The position numbers and the translations under genes are program-made. The notes under the pieces are model-generated. The model did no database searches, was not told where the DNA came from, and was given only the letters and a program-made list of their open reading frames with translations. Shown piece after piece: positions 1 through 10,217 of a DNA stretch of 64,000 bases. The DNA is from an uncultured Gemmataceae bacterium (lineage in GTDB: Bacteria > Planctomycetota > Planctomycetia > Gemmatales > Gemmataceae), in assembly GCA_963750165.1 (NCBI GenBank), contig CAVVPN010000003.1:3296001-3360000 (forward strand). Reading direction: 5' to 3'. The number at the start of each line of letters is the position of its first letter. Positions within the stretch are counted from its first letter, which is position 1.

Positions 1-1940
1 TTTCGCTCCACGAATCCGCCACCCTGGATGTTCCCAACCTTGACCCACACGCCCTTCGGCACTTGCAACCCCTTCAGTTCCTGTTCGATCTCCCCGACCA
101 CGGCTGCGGCCGTGCGCCCCTCGACGTTGACGCGGACGGTGAAAACGCGGGCCCCATCACTGTGGTGGATTTCCACCGGCACCTTACTCAACTGGATGCT
201 GGCCACATTGCTCAGCGGAACGGGAGCGTTGATCCTGGCGGAGTCGATCGGTCGGTTGCCGAGGTCGTCCACACCTTTCATGGCTTCACGGAGGTAACGC
301 AGCACCACGGGGACGGCGGCCCCGGTACTCGACCGAACCGCCGCAGGAAGGGTGACTCCTTCCCGCGTGGCGAACGCCAGTTGGCGGTGGATGTCCTGCT
401 GGGACAGGCCCAGGGCCGCGGCCTTCGCGGTGTCGATCCTGATCTGGACGGCGGCCAGGTCGAACCGTTCACCGACGTGGACATCCACGGCGCCCTTGAG
501 TTTGGCCACACGGTCGCCGAGTTGCTGGGCCAACTTCTCGGCCTGGCCGGGCGCACCGCCGCCCACCCGGAGGGCGATGGGCCAGTCCGCGCCCGCGCCG
601 GCGTGGAAGCTGGCCTGCAGCGCGGGGAACTCCTTCCGGAACAGGCCGCGCAGGGTGCGGAGATACTCCGGCGCCTTCGCGGCGTGCGCCGGCGTCAGCC
701 GCAGCCGGAGCGTGGCGTCCTGGGGGCCGTCGTTTTCCCAGGAGAGGGCCGGGCCGGCCGCGGGCACGCCCAGGTCGGTGAGCAGGAAGGCACGCGCCTC
801 GGCCGGGATCGTCTTCTCCAGAAACGCCTCCACCGCCGCGACCTGTTTCTCCGTTTCCTCCAGGCTGGTGCCGGTAGCCGCGCGGAGGTGAATGGTGATG
901 AGACCGTGCCCTCGCGCCTGGCCTTCCGTCCCGAAGTCCAGGACGTGCAGGGTGGCTCCCTCCGGCAACTGCTTGCGGACGACCGGGACGACCCGCTTCA
1001 GGGCCTCGTTGACCTGGGCCGCGCCGGCCCCGCCCCCGGGCGAAAGCAGCACCCCCACCTGACGCCGGCCGTTGAGCCGCAGCAGGGCGGCCGGAGGCGG
1101 GGCGGCGTCTTTCAGGGAGCCGATGTCCCGCAGGAAGATGCGATTCCCGTTGGCCATTTTGACGACGCTGTTGCCGAGCTCCTTGATGTCAAGCTCCCGG
1201 TCTTCCAGGGGCAGCAACTGCTTTCCCACCCGAATCGTGCCCGCCAGCGGCGGCGCCGGGGACGGTTCCAGGGCCTGCAGCACCGCTGCCGCGGACACTT
1301 TCAGCGCGCGCATGCGCATCGGATCCAGGAATACCTCCAACACCCTTCCCCCGGGGTTGGGCGCCTGCCGGACCACCACGGGCAGCGGGGCGAGTGCGTC
1401 CACGACCAGCCGGCGGACCAGTTCCTCGCGCTGGACCTGGTTCAGGGCGGGGTGGTCGAGGACCAGGGCGGCGACGGGCAGCGGGTCGGCCGGGTTGAAC
1501 CGGAACACCTGCGGCGCGGCCGTGCCCGCCGGCAAGTCGGGGCGGACGCTCGCCACCAGGCTGACGACCTGCGCCAGGGCGACGCCCGGCACGATGTCGT
1601 CGCGGAATTGCACGCGGATGCTGCACAGCCCGGTGACCGATCGGGATTCGACGTGCCGCAGCCCGTCGGCGCCGCGCAGGAGCCGTTCGACGGGGCTGGT
1701 GATGGTGCGCTCGACGGCGTCGGCGGCCAGCCCGGGGTGGCGAATCAGGACGGCGACGCCGGGCGCGACCTTGGCGGCCGGCTGCGCTTGCTCGGTTTTC
1801 TTGCCAGGCCCCTTCTCCTGGGCGGTCGCCGGCCGGCGGGGAAATCCGCAGGCCGCGAACAGCGCGGCGCCGATCACCAGGCTGCCGAGCGCGACCGATA
1901 CCACCGTGCGGCGATCCTGTAAGGTCTGAAACTTCGGCAT
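1..1940 (-). CDS. RND/AcrB-like protein made of periplasmic domains, TM2-TM7 absent; 3' end runs off the window
   Basis: Manual translation from ATG at 1940 (missing from the ORF track because there is no stop): MPKFQTLQDRRTVVSVALGSLVIG...HPGLAADAVERTITSPVERLLRGADGLRHVESRSVTGLCSIRVQF...IFLRDIG...LPEGATLHVLDFGTEGQARGHGLITIHLRAATGTSLEETEK...VPLSNVASI...VFTVRVNVEG. These are typical AcrB PN1/PN2/PC1/PC2 motifs. GGAG RBS upstream. Confidence 0.8.
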   Translation of the reverse strand, partial: MPKFQTLQDRRTVVSVALGSLVIGAALFAACGFPRRPATAQEKGPGKKTEQAQPAAKVAPGVAVLIRHPGLAADAVERTITSPVERLLRGADGLRHVESRSVTGLCSIRVQFRDDIVPGVALAQVVSLVASVRPDLPAGTAAPQVFRFNPADPLPVAALVLDHPALNQVQREELVRRLVVDALAPLPVVVRQAPNPGGRVLEVFLDPMRMRALKVSAAAVLQALEPSPAPPLAGTIRVGKQLLPLEDRELDIKELGNSVVKMANGNRIFLRDIGSLKDAAPPPAALLRLNGRRQVGVLLSPGGGAGAAQVNEALKRVVPVVRKQLPEGATLHVLDFGTEGQARGHGLITIHLRAATGTSLEETEKQVAAVEAFLEKTIPAEARAFLLTDLGVPAAGPALSWENDGPQDATLRLRLTPAHAAKAPEYLRTLRGLFRKEFPALQASFHAGAGADWPIALRVGGGAPGQAEKLAQQLGDRVAKLKGAVDVHVGERFDLAAVQIRIDTAKAAALGLSQQDIHRQLAFATREGVTLPAAVRSSTGAAVPVVLRYLREAMKGVDDLGNRPIDSARINAPVPLSNVASIQLSKVPVEIHHSDGARVFTVRVNVEGRTAAAVVGEIEQELKGLQVPKGVWVKVGNIQGGGFVER

Positions 1941-1970
1941 GGGAGGCTCCTTGTTACGGAACGCGAGCGA

Positions 1971-2702
1971 TCATTGCGGGTCGATGATCGAGAAAAAGCC
2001 GTCCGCCATCAGCCAGCACTGCGGCTCCGGGTGCGCGTCCGGCCAGAAGAACGGCCGCGACAGCCCCAGCCGCACTGCTACCGTATCACCCAGGCCGCGC
2101 ACCGTCGCCGTCAGCCAGGCCGCCTGCCCGTCCGGGTCCGGCGCGGCCTCGGCGGCGCGCAGCAACAGGTGATGGTCCGTCACCGGCAGCGTGCGTTGGC
2201 CCAGGTCGCGCACCGGCAGCGACACCCGCATCCGCACCTCGTCGGAGAATTCGCGGCGCTGGCCGCGGAAGCTGATGTCCTGCGCCGGCACCGCGATGGT
2301 CGTCAGGCTGTACTTGCCGGTGCCGGGGTTGGCGAACGCGGTCGCGCGGCTGGCGTGCAGGGTGGTGCCGAACAGCGGGTCGTTGTTCTGTGCCGTGGCG
2401 GCGAGGATGGCACGGCGCATCTCGACCGGGGCGAAACGGCTGGTCGGCCGCAGCTCGCGCACCCAGGCGTCCTCGGTGTGCGGCGCCGTGGCGTCGGCCC
2501 GCTCCGGCTCGAACAACTCGAACACCTGCCAGCGCTCGTAACCCGCGAGCAAGCAGGATTCCCAACCGAGTTTGAGCGACTCCCAGCCGCGCTGGCCGAC
2601 GGGCAGCGGCCGCACGACGTACAGCCGCTGGCCGTCCACGACGACGCCCGCGAGACAGAAGCACTTGCCCATCCGCGTCCAGTCGAGCAAAATCAAATCC
2701 AC
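1971..2702 (-). CDS. dual OB-fold (DuOB)-like domain protein
   Basis: N-terminal TRMGKCFCLAGV...VRP, PHTED, and C-terminal RLGLSRPF...CWLM motifs resemble the dual-OB family; adjacent to DUF488. Confidence 0.65.
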   Translation of the reverse strand: MDLILLDWTRMGKCFCLAGVVVDGQRLYVVRPLPVGQRGWESLKLGWESCLLAGYERWQVFELFEPERADATAPHTEDAWVRELRPTSRFAPVEMRRAILAATAQNNDPLFGTTLHASRATAFANPGTGKYSLTTIAVPAQDISFRGQRREFSDEVRMRVSLPVRDLGQRTLPVTDHHLLLRAAEAAPDPDGQAAWLTATVRGLGDTVAVRLGLSRPFFWPDAHPEPQCWLMADGFFSIIDPQ

Positions 2703-2758
2703 GGCGAACCCCCCTTCCGCAAGACGGTTCGCCCCATCATGGAAAGGGATCGGCGGCG

Positions 2759-3384
2759 ATGCAAATGGAAAACGGCCAGAATGGCGTCTTCTCGATCGGC
2801 TACTCGGTGCATGAGGTGGAGCATTTTCTGCGGCTGCTGCGCCAGGCGGGGGTGACGCTGCTGGCGGACGTGCGTACCCACCCGTCGAGCCGTTACATGC
2901 CGCTCTACAACCGCCCCGACCTGGAGGCGGCGCTGCGCTCCGTGGGCATCGGTTACGTCTTCCTCGGCGATGACCTGGGCGGCCGGCCGCAGTCCCGCGA
3001 ACTGTACGACCCGTCTGGCCGCGTCAATTACGTGCGCACCCGCGCCACCGACTTCTTCCGCCGCGGCCTGGACCGGTTGTGCGCACTGGCGGCGGACGGA
3101 CGCGTGGCGATGATGTGCGGCGAGGAGGATCCGCTGGACTGTCACCGCGGGCTGATGATTACGCCCGCGCTGGGAGAACGCGACGTGGCGCCCTACACCT
3201 GCGCGGCGACGGCAGCGTGGAAACCACCACGGCGCTGGAGGACCGCCTGTTGCGTGCGACGCGATTGGAGAGTCCGCTGTTCGCGCACGACCCGGAGGAG
3301 CGGCGGGAACTGCTGGTGCGGGCGTACCAGGTGATGGCGGGCCGCAAGGCGTTTCGCCGGACGCGCGACGGCGATTCGGATTAA
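2759..3384 (+). CDS. DUF488 family protein (apparent frameshift near 3190)
   Basis: FSIGYS, LADVRTHPSS, LGGRP, MCGEEDPLDCHR motifs; C-terminus (LHLRGDGSVETTTALEDRLL) continues in ORF 3079..3384. Confidence 0.85.
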
Positions 3385-3393
3385 CGCGGGAGA

Positions 3394-4536
3394 TCACATC
3401 TTCCCGGGCACCAGTTCATACCGCAGCAACCGGCACGGAATCTTGCCGTTGAACAGCGGCGTCTGCGCCGCCGGCCGCAGGCCCACCTCTTCCGCCAGCA
3501 TGCGGTTGCTGGTGAACACAAACGCCGTCCAGCCCTGGAAGTGCCGCATCAGCACCTCGCCGAGCGTCCGGTACAGCGGCACCAGTTCGTTCTCGTCGCC
3601 GAGCCGTTCGCCGTAGGGCGGGTTGCACAGCAGCGTTCCCGGCGGCCCGGCCGGCGGCCGCACCTGCGGCAGGTCGCGCGTCTCGAAGCGGATCAGATGG
3701 CCGACGCCGGCGGCGCGGGCGTTGCCCTCGGCGAAATGCACCACGTCACGGCGAACGTCCGAGCCGAGCACCGGGGCCGGTAATTGCTTCAGCACCTGCC
3801 GCCGGGCCTCGTCGCGCAGCTCCGACCACAGGCCGATGTCGAAATCCATCCAGCCCTGAAAGCCGAAGCGCTTGCGCGTCAGCCCCGGTGGCCGCCGCAG
3901 CGCCAGCCACGTCGCCTCGATCGGCAGCGTGCCCGAACCGCACAACGGATCGATGAAGGGAGTGTCGCCGCGCCAGCCCGTCAGCAGCACCAGCGCCGCC
4001 GCCAGCGCCTCGTTGAGCGGCGCCTTCGTCAGCACCGGCCGATAGCCGCGCTTGTGCAGCGAATCGCCGGAACTGTCCAGGCTCAGCACGGCCTCGTCGC
4101 GGTAGATGTGCAGGTTCAGGCCGACCATCGGCGTCTCCACGTCCACGCTCGGCCGGCGGCCGCACCTGTCAATGAACTGGTCGCAGATCGCGTCCTTGGT
4201 CTTGAGGGCGGCGTATTTCGAGTGCGTCAGGTGCGAGTCGCGCACGTTGCAATCGACCGCCAGCGTGCGCTCCGGCGTCAGATACTGCGACCAGTCGATG
4301 GTGCGGACGGCCTCGTACAGTTCCTCGGGTGTCGTGACCTGGACCTGCAGGATCGGCCACAGCACACGGATGGCGGTGCGCAGCCAGAGGTTGGCCCGGT
4401 AGAGCAGCGTGCGGTCGCCGGCGAAGCCCACGCCGCCGCGGCCCGCCTCGACCGCTTCAGCGCCCAGCGCCCGCAGTTCGTCCGCCAGCACCGGCTCGAT
4501 GCCGCGGGCACACGTCGCGAAGTAGCGCTCGCGCAC
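3394..4536 (-). CDS. rlmL: THUMP-domain class I SAM-dependent RNA methyltransferase (RlmL-like)
   Basis: SLHKRGYR, APLNEALAAA, DPLCGSGT, NPPYGER motifs. Confidence 0.85.
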   Translation of the reverse strand: MRERYFATCARGIEPVLADELRALGAEAVEAGRGGVGFAGDRTLLYRANLWLRTAIRVLWPILQVQVTTPEELYEAVRTIDWSQYLTPERTLAVDCNVRDSHLTHSKYAALKTKDAICDQFIDRCGRRPSVDVETPMVGLNLHIYRDEAVLSLDSSGDSLHKRGYRPVLTKAPLNEALAAALVLLTGWRGDTPFIDPLCGSGTLPIEATWLALRRPPGLTRKRFGFQGWMDFDIGLWSELRDEARRQVLKQLPAPVLGSDVRRDVVHFAEGNARAAGVGHLIRFETRDLPQVRPPAGPPGTLLCNPPYGERLGDENELVPLYRTLGEVLMRHFQGWTAFVFTSNRMLAEEVGLRPAAQTPLFNGKIPCRLLRYELVPGKM

Positions 4537-4541
4537 GGAGA

Positions 4542-4589
4542 CCCCCTCACCCCCGACCCCTCTCCCCCTTCAGGGGGAGAGGGGAGCAA
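4542..4589. repeat. REP-like palindrome (CCCCTCACCCC...CCCTCTCCCC...GGGGAGAGGGGAG family)
   Basis: Intergenic hairpin; related copy at 33349-33402. Confidence 0.75.
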
Positions 4590-4592
4590 AGG

Positions 4593-5072
4593 TCACGCCG
4601 GCACCAGGCCCAGCGCCTGCCGTTTTTCCTTTACGAACTTCAGGTGATGCTCGATGTGGCCGGTGATGGTGGTCAGCAGCTTCTCCAGCGTGACCGGGCC
4701 GCGCTCGTTGTGGGCGCCGCTGCGCTGCAGGGCCGCGTCCGGCAGTGTGCGCAGGATGCGGGCCATCTGCTGGCGCGTTTTCTCCAGGAGCGTCAGTTCT
4801 TCTTCCAGGTCGCGCTCGTGGTAGGCCAGGGCCGCGGCGAACCGCTCCTCGCTGGCGCCGAGCAGCGTTGGGCTGTCCTCGGCGATGACGCGTTTCATGC
4901 GGTCGGCGTAGATCGGGTCGAAGTCCGTCAGGTGACAGACAACCTCCAGTGTGCTCCACTTGCCCGGCACCGGCCGCGCCAGCAGTTGCTGCCGGCTCAT
5001 GCCGGCGGTCGCCCGCCGCAAGGCTGAGGTGCCGGCGAGGTAGGCATCGACCAGTTCCGTCATTGCTGCCAT
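4593..5072 (-). CDS. DinB family protein
   Basis: PGKWSTLEVVCHL...GHIEHH metal-ligand pattern; GGAG RBS before ATG at 5072. Confidence 0.9.
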   Translation of the reverse strand: MAAMTELVDAYLAGTSALRRATAGMSRQQLLARPVPGKWSTLEVVCHLTDFDPIYADRMKRVIAEDSPTLLGASEERFAAALAYHERDLEEELTLLEKTRQQMARILRTLPDAALQRSGAHNERGPVTLEKLLTTITGHIEHHLKFVKEKRQALGLVPA

Positions 5073-5230
5073 GTTCGTTCCTCCGAGGTGTGCCGACTCA
5101 GCGGGGCCCAACGCAGCCCCCCGGCCATTTTACGGAACCGGGCCGGCACGCGCCTCCGCAGATTTGTCGGCTGGTGGACTTGTGAGTACGATGGATTCGT
5201 TGTATCGGTGAAGCGTTTGGGGGAAAGCAT

Positions 5231-5470
5231 ATGGAAAAGACCGATTTGAAGAGCCGCGTGGAACAAGTGCTCGCCGAGCAGGTCGGCCCGGCGCTGCTGA
5301 TCGACGGCACCGCGATTGAGGTGCTTGAGGTGCGCGACGGCATCGCCCAGCTGCGGCTGAACGGCGTCTGCAGCGGTTGCCCGAGCACGCTCATGCTGGT
5401 CATCAACGGCATCGAGCAGGAGTTGCGCCGCCACCTGCCCGAGGTCGAATACATTGAGGCGCTGCCGTGA
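5231..5470 (+). CDS. NifU C-terminal domain (Nfu-type Fe-S carrier) protein
   Basis: LRLNGVCSGCPS CxxC motif, GIEQEL. Confidence 0.9.
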   Translation: MEKTDLKSRVEQVLAEQVGPALLIDGTAIEVLEVRDGIAQLRLNGVCSGCPSTLMLVINGIEQELRRHLPEVEYIEALP

Positions 5471-6300
5471 GACTCGGCTACAACACCAACGGCTTCGCCC
5501 ACCACCGCCTGGAGGACGCCCTCGTCATCCTGGCCGAGTTGGGTTACGAGAGCGTTGCGCTGACGCTCGACCACCACGCCCTGCACCCCTACGATCCCGA
5601 TCTGCTCGGCCGCACTTACGAGCTGCGCCGTCTGTTGGAGAGGCTCAGGCTGCGCGTCGTAATCGAGACGGGCGCCCGCTTTCTGCTCGACCCACGGCGG
5701 AAACACCGGCCGACACTCGTCAGCCCCACGGCAGACGAGCGCGCGAAACGGCTCGACTTCCTGCTACTGGCCGCGGACATCGCTTTCGAGTTGGGTGCCG
5801 ACGCCGTCAGCTTCTGGTCCGGCGCGGCCATCGACAGCGCCCCGCCGGATGTGCTGCTGGGCCGTCTGGTGGACGGCTGCCGGCGGCTGTGCGAACACGC
5901 CGAGCGCAAGCGAGTACGGCTGGCGTTCGAGCCGGAACCGGGCATGTTCATCGACACCATGCCGCGCTTCGCCGAACTGCACGAGCGCGTCGGCCATCCC
6001 GCGTTCGGCCTGACGCTCGACATCGGCCACCTGCACTGCCTGGGTGAAACGCCGATCGCGGACCACATTCACCGCTGGCGCGACCGGCTGTGGAACGTTC
6101 ACATCGAGGACATGCGGGCGGCCGTCCACGATCACCTGATGTTCGGCGACGGGGAGATCGACTTCGCGCCGGTGCTGGCGGCGCTGCGGGAGATCGGTTA
6201 CGAAGGGGGAGTGCATGTGGAGTTGAGCCGGCACAGTCACAACGCCGTGGAAACGGCGCGGCGGGCGCTGGCGTTCCTGCGCCAGGTGGCGGAGCGCTAA
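5467..6300 (+). CDS. sugar phosphate isomerase/epimerase (xylose-isomerase-like TIM barrel)
   Basis: FEPEPG, LDIGH, VHIED, HVE metal ligands; GTGA overlap with the nifU-like gene. Confidence 0.85.
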   Translation: MRLGYNTNGFAHHRLEDALVILAELGYESVALTLDHHALHPYDPDLLGRTYELRRLLERLRLRVVIETGARFLLDPRRKHRPTLVSPTADERAKRLDFLLLAADIAFELGADAVSFWSGAAIDSAPPDVLLGRLVDGCRRLCEHAERKRVRLAFEPEPGMFIDTMPRFAELHERVGHPAFGLTLDIGHLHCLGETPIADHIHRWRDRLWNVHIEDMRAAVHDHLMFGDGEIDFAPVLAALREIGYEGGVHVELSRHSHNAVETARRALAFLRQVAER

Positions 6301-6367
6301 GCCGCAAGCGGCAGACCAGAAGGGATGGCGCTGCCTTCCAGCTGTTCTGCCGCTTGCGGCTTAGCGC
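6294..6367. repeat. REP doublet (GCGCTAAGCCGCAAGCGGCAGA, 22-bp inverted arms)
   Basis: Inverted arms between convergent genes; single arm repeated at 55578-55599. Confidence 0.8.
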
Positions 6368-6375
6368 GCTGTGCC

Positions 6376-6975
6376 TCAGCTACTCTTGCGGAAGACCGCG
6401 TGGCAGCTGTTGCAGCTGGCGTTCAGCTTGGTCGCGGCGTCCTTGAGATCAGCGGCGCTGCCGCCCTTGGCGGCCTTGGCCATCTCGCGAGCGCCCGCCC
6501 GCATGTCCTCGGACCACTTCATCCAGTCGGCCTTCGTCTGCTTGGCGGTATACTTTTCGTAACCCCGGACGTGGGCCACCTCGGCGATGGCGGCGGTGCG
6601 CCAGGCGGCCTGCTCCAGAGCGGGGCCAAGCTTCTTCGCCTTGGCTTCGGTGATGCCGTCGCGGGCGATAAACCGGATCTGATCCTCGATGCCGTCCGGC
6701 GTGGCCTCGCCCTTCTTGCCGACGCCGAACCCCTTCTTCTTCGAGTTGCGCGGCTTGAAGGCGTACATCACGTCGTCGAGTTCCTCGATCTTCTTGGCCA
6801 GCGCCGCGGCATCCTTCTGGGCGGCGGCCTTGTTGTCCGCTTTCAGGGCCGCGGCGATCTTGTCGATGGCCTTGGCGACCTCCTCGTCGATGACGGCGCC
6901 GCGGGCCGGGGCCAGCAGCAGGTGCAGTGCCAGCAGCCCGCAGGCGGCGGCACTCAGGATGGCGAATTTCCTCAT
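6376..6975 (-). CDS. exported class II cytochrome c (cytochrome c'-like)
   Basis: Signal peptide, helical body, C-terminal CNSCH heme motif. Confidence 0.85.
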   Translation of the reverse strand: MRKFAILSAAACGLLALHLLLAPARGAVIDEEVAKAIDKIAAALKADNKAAAQKDAAALAKKIEELDDVMYAFKPRNSKKKGFGVGKKGEATPDGIEDQIRFIARDGITEAKAKKLGPALEQAAWRTAAIAEVAHVRGYEKYTAKQTKADWMKWSEDMRAGAREMAKAAKGGSAADLKDAATKLNASCNSCHAVFRKSS

Positions 6976-7019
6976 GGGTCCTCCTCGGTCCAGGTTCACG
7001 GATGCTCGCCGCCCCGGCG

Positions 7020-9637
7020 TCACTGTTTGCGCGGCGGCCCGGCGATCGGCTGACCGCCGAAGATAACGCGGTCGTCCTGGTACAGGAAGCGCAAATTAAT
7101 TCGCGCTCGATGTCGTTGAGGGCGATGACCTCGACCTTGCGGTCCTGATGGAGTTCCTGGAACACTTGCTCGTTCACCTGCGCGGCCGGCCCGTCCAGGT
7201 TGCGGAACGCCGGCATGAGGTTCGTGTTGGGGTAGCGCTCCGGGTGTGTCGGGAACATGACCATGAGCCGCGTCCACTGCGGCGAACCGTAGCCCTTCAG
7301 GTTCGGCGCAGATTTGGAGCCCTTGTCGCCGTAGCCGTGGCACTCCATGCAGGTCTGCTTGAACGCCCGGTAGCCCCTGGCAAATTCGCCCTGGTCGTCG
7401 GCCTTTGGCGGGTCGGCAGTCGGTTGCTTCGCCAGCCAGGCGGCGATACGGTCGATCTCGTCATTATCATTCTTCAAACTCTTCTTCGCATCCGCCTTCT
7501 CCTCCGGGCTCGCTTTGGGGTTCGCGATGATCTTCTCGAAAGCCTCGCGGGTCTGGCGCTGTTCGGCGGACCACGTGGCCATGCCTCCGAGCACCGGCGG
7601 GTCCTTCAGCCGCTTCCGATTCGCCTTCAGGTCTTCGATCCGCACCTGAATCACCGCGTCCACGAGGTAGGGCAGGTTCAGCCGATCCAGCGTGCCGACC
7701 ACCGCGACCGACCTTGATTTCTGCAATTTCTGCATCTGATCCGTGATTTTCTTTTTCTCCGCCTCGATTTTCTCCACCAAGGGTTTGTTCCTGGCCTCGC
7801 CGGCCTTGATCGCGCGGCCGAAATATTTGTCATCGTCGGCGCGTTCGATCATGCCGAGGATCCAGTCCTTGCTGCCGAAACCGCCGAGGTCGGACGCGGT
7901 GAAGCCACTCTTGGGGGTCTCGAACTCAGGCAGGCCGGTCTTCGGGTTGGTGTAACTGTGGCAGGTGGCGCACTTCGTCTTGAACAGTTCGCGGCCGCGC
8001 GTCATCGGGTCGTTGCGCACCAGGAACACCGGCCCCTCCGCCGGGATGCCGCGCGACGCCTGCAGCACCGCCCGCTCCGCCGATTCGTGCGCCTCCTTCA
8101 GCGCCTTGAAGTGCTTCTCGATTTCGCCCTGACGCTTCGCCCGGGCGGCGTGCTGCTCGGAGCTTTCTGCGTGTTCCTTCTTCTGCAACTCGTCCCGGGC
8201 GAACTCCCAGACCTCGCGCGGCGTCGTGCTGCCCTCGGGGTACTCGCGGTCCTTGACCGTGAGCTTGATCTTCTCCTCGCTCCTGACCGCGAGATGTTCG
8301 TTGTCGGCCTGGGTGGCGTAGATCAGGAAGCCGGTGAGACCGAGCACCGTCACCAGCACGAGCACGCCGAAGCCGTACACCACCTTGCGGACGACGCCGT
8401 GCGGCAGTACCGCCAGCAGCCCCAGGTAGAGCAGATAGAAGCCACCCGCGGCCGGCACCACGTACAGCGCCAGCTGCGTCAACAGTTCGCGCAGCACCGG
8501 GTCGATGGTGTCGTCGGCCAGCGCCAGGATCGTCAGCGTCGCGGCGCCGACGATCAGCGACAGCACCACGATGACGCCGAGCACGCGGCCGAACGGTCGT
8601 AGTTTGCCGATGCCGAAGAACGGCAGCAGGAACAGCAGCAGGCCGGCCCCCTGCGGGATGGCGACCGTGCCGATGAGGATCTGCGGTCCTTCAAAATACT
8701 TCAGCAGCTGGAACAGGAACAGGAAGTACCACTCCGGCCGGGCGGGGAACTCCTTCGTGCGGTCGGCCGGGGCGTCGAGATTGGCGCCCATCCCCTTGCG
8801 GCCGGCCTTCGCCCAGTCCTCGTACAGGCCGGGCACCTCCGCGCCGGCCGCGGCCTCGGTTTCGATCTTGTTGCCCTGGCCGCCGAAGACCACCAGCGAC
8901 ACCATGACCGCGAACACGACCAGGCAAGCGACCAGGTCCTTGAACGCCTGGTCCGGCCAGAAGACGCCCTGTTTGGGGTGGTCCTCGGGCACGTTGGCGG
9001 TGAGGCCCTGCTTGCGGAAGACGGCGATATGGGCGATGATGAGCACGATCATGAGCGGCGGCAGGATGGCGACGTGCAGCGCGAAGAAGCGCGTCAGCGT
9101 GGCGTTGCCGTACTCCGGGCCGCCGACCGCGAAGCGCGCGATCTCCGGTCCCAGCACCGGCAGCGTGCCGGCGATGTTCGTGGCCACGCGCGTCGCCCAG
9201 AAGCCCTTCTGGTCCCACGGCAGCAGGTAGCCGGTCAGGCTCAGGCCAAGGACGCAGCCCATCAACAGCAGGCCGAGCCACCAGTTAACCTCACGCGGCG
9301 GCAGCTGGGCCCCGGCGATGACCACCTGTAGCATGTGGACGGCCAGCAGCACGACCATCGTCTGCGAACCGAAGTGATGCAGGCCGCGAATGAACCAGCC
9401 GAAATCCATCTGGTACTGGATGTAGAACACGCTCGACCAGGCAGCGGTGTCGCCGGGGCTGTAGGCGGTCATGAGCAGCACGCCCGTGACCAGCTGGATG
9501 AAGAAGACGAACGTCAGCGTGCTGCCCCAGACGTACCGCCATTTGGCGCCGCCGGGGATGTGCTCCAGCAGCAGCGCCGCCATGAGCTTGCGGTAGTTGG
9601 TGCGTGCGTCCAGCCAGTCACGGAATTTCGAGACCAC
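7020..9637 (-). CDS. cytochrome b fused to a diheme cytochrome c domain (bc complex); apparent frameshift near 7092
   Basis: Cytochrome b motifs RGLHH, GYLLPWDQ, FFALHV, PEWY; two CxxCH (CATCH, CMECH); C-terminus RFLYQDDRVIFGG lies in ORF 7020..7343. Confidence 0.9.
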
Positions 9638-9692
9638 GACGGTTCCTTTGCTGCTGCGGGGAGAGGGAAGGCCTCCGGGGCGAACGCGGGCC

Positions 9693-10217
9693 TTACTTCC
9701 GCTCGTCCTTCTCGGGCCGGCCCTGGATGAAGTTCTTGTATTCCACCTCGACCACGGCGTCGGGGCCGGTGCCCTGGACGCGGCATGCCAGCGAGTCCAT
9801 ATCGCGCGGCGCGGGGTTCTCGCCGCCGGCCATCAGCCGAGTGCCGTTGCTGTCGAAGGTGGCATGGTGGCAGGGGCAGATGAACTGCTGTCCCTGGGAG
9901 CCGATGGGGCAGCCCAGGTGCGGGCAGATTTGCGTGAACGCCTTGACGCTGTTGTCCGGCTGGCGGATAAGCCAGACGCGGCCGATCACGTCATCGGGGT
10001 AGAGCGTCCAGGCGTCGGTGCGTGTGTCGCGGACCACGGCGGCATAGGGCACGTTCTCGCGCAGGTCGCTGAGGCGGGCGACGGCGCGGAACTTGCTGTC
10101 CGGGGCCTTGCGGTTGCGCGGGTCGATGAGATAGCAGACGGCCGGCACGCCGAGGACGACGGCGAAGATGCCGCTCAGCCCGTTGGTCAGCCAGGCCAAA
10201 AAGGTGCGTCTTTCCAC
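9693..10217 (-). CDS. Rieske 2Fe-2S subunit of the cytochrome bc complex
   Basis: RRTFL Tat-like leader, CPHLGC and CPCH boxes. Confidence 0.93.
   Translation of the reverse strand: MERRTFLAWLTNGLSGIFAVVLGVPAVCYLIDPRNRKAPDSKFRAVARLSDLRENVPYAAVVRDTRTDAWTLYPDDVIGRVWLIRQPDNSVKAFTQICPHLGCPIGSQGQQFICPCHHATFDSNGTRLMAGGENPAPRDMDSLACRVQGTGPDAVVEVEYKNFIQGRPEKDERK

Noticed and set aside
63..1922. 619-aa plus-strand ORF and similar long antisense ORFs (15056..17428, 44284..47388, 55210..57240)
   Set aside because: Shadow frames of real opposite-strand genes in high-GC DNA, with no recognisable motifs.
6449..9637. 1062-aa cytochrome b ORF overlapping the cytochrome c' gene
   Set aside because: The tail after ELI is out-of-frame read-through caused by the frameshift near 7092; the likely stop is at 7020.
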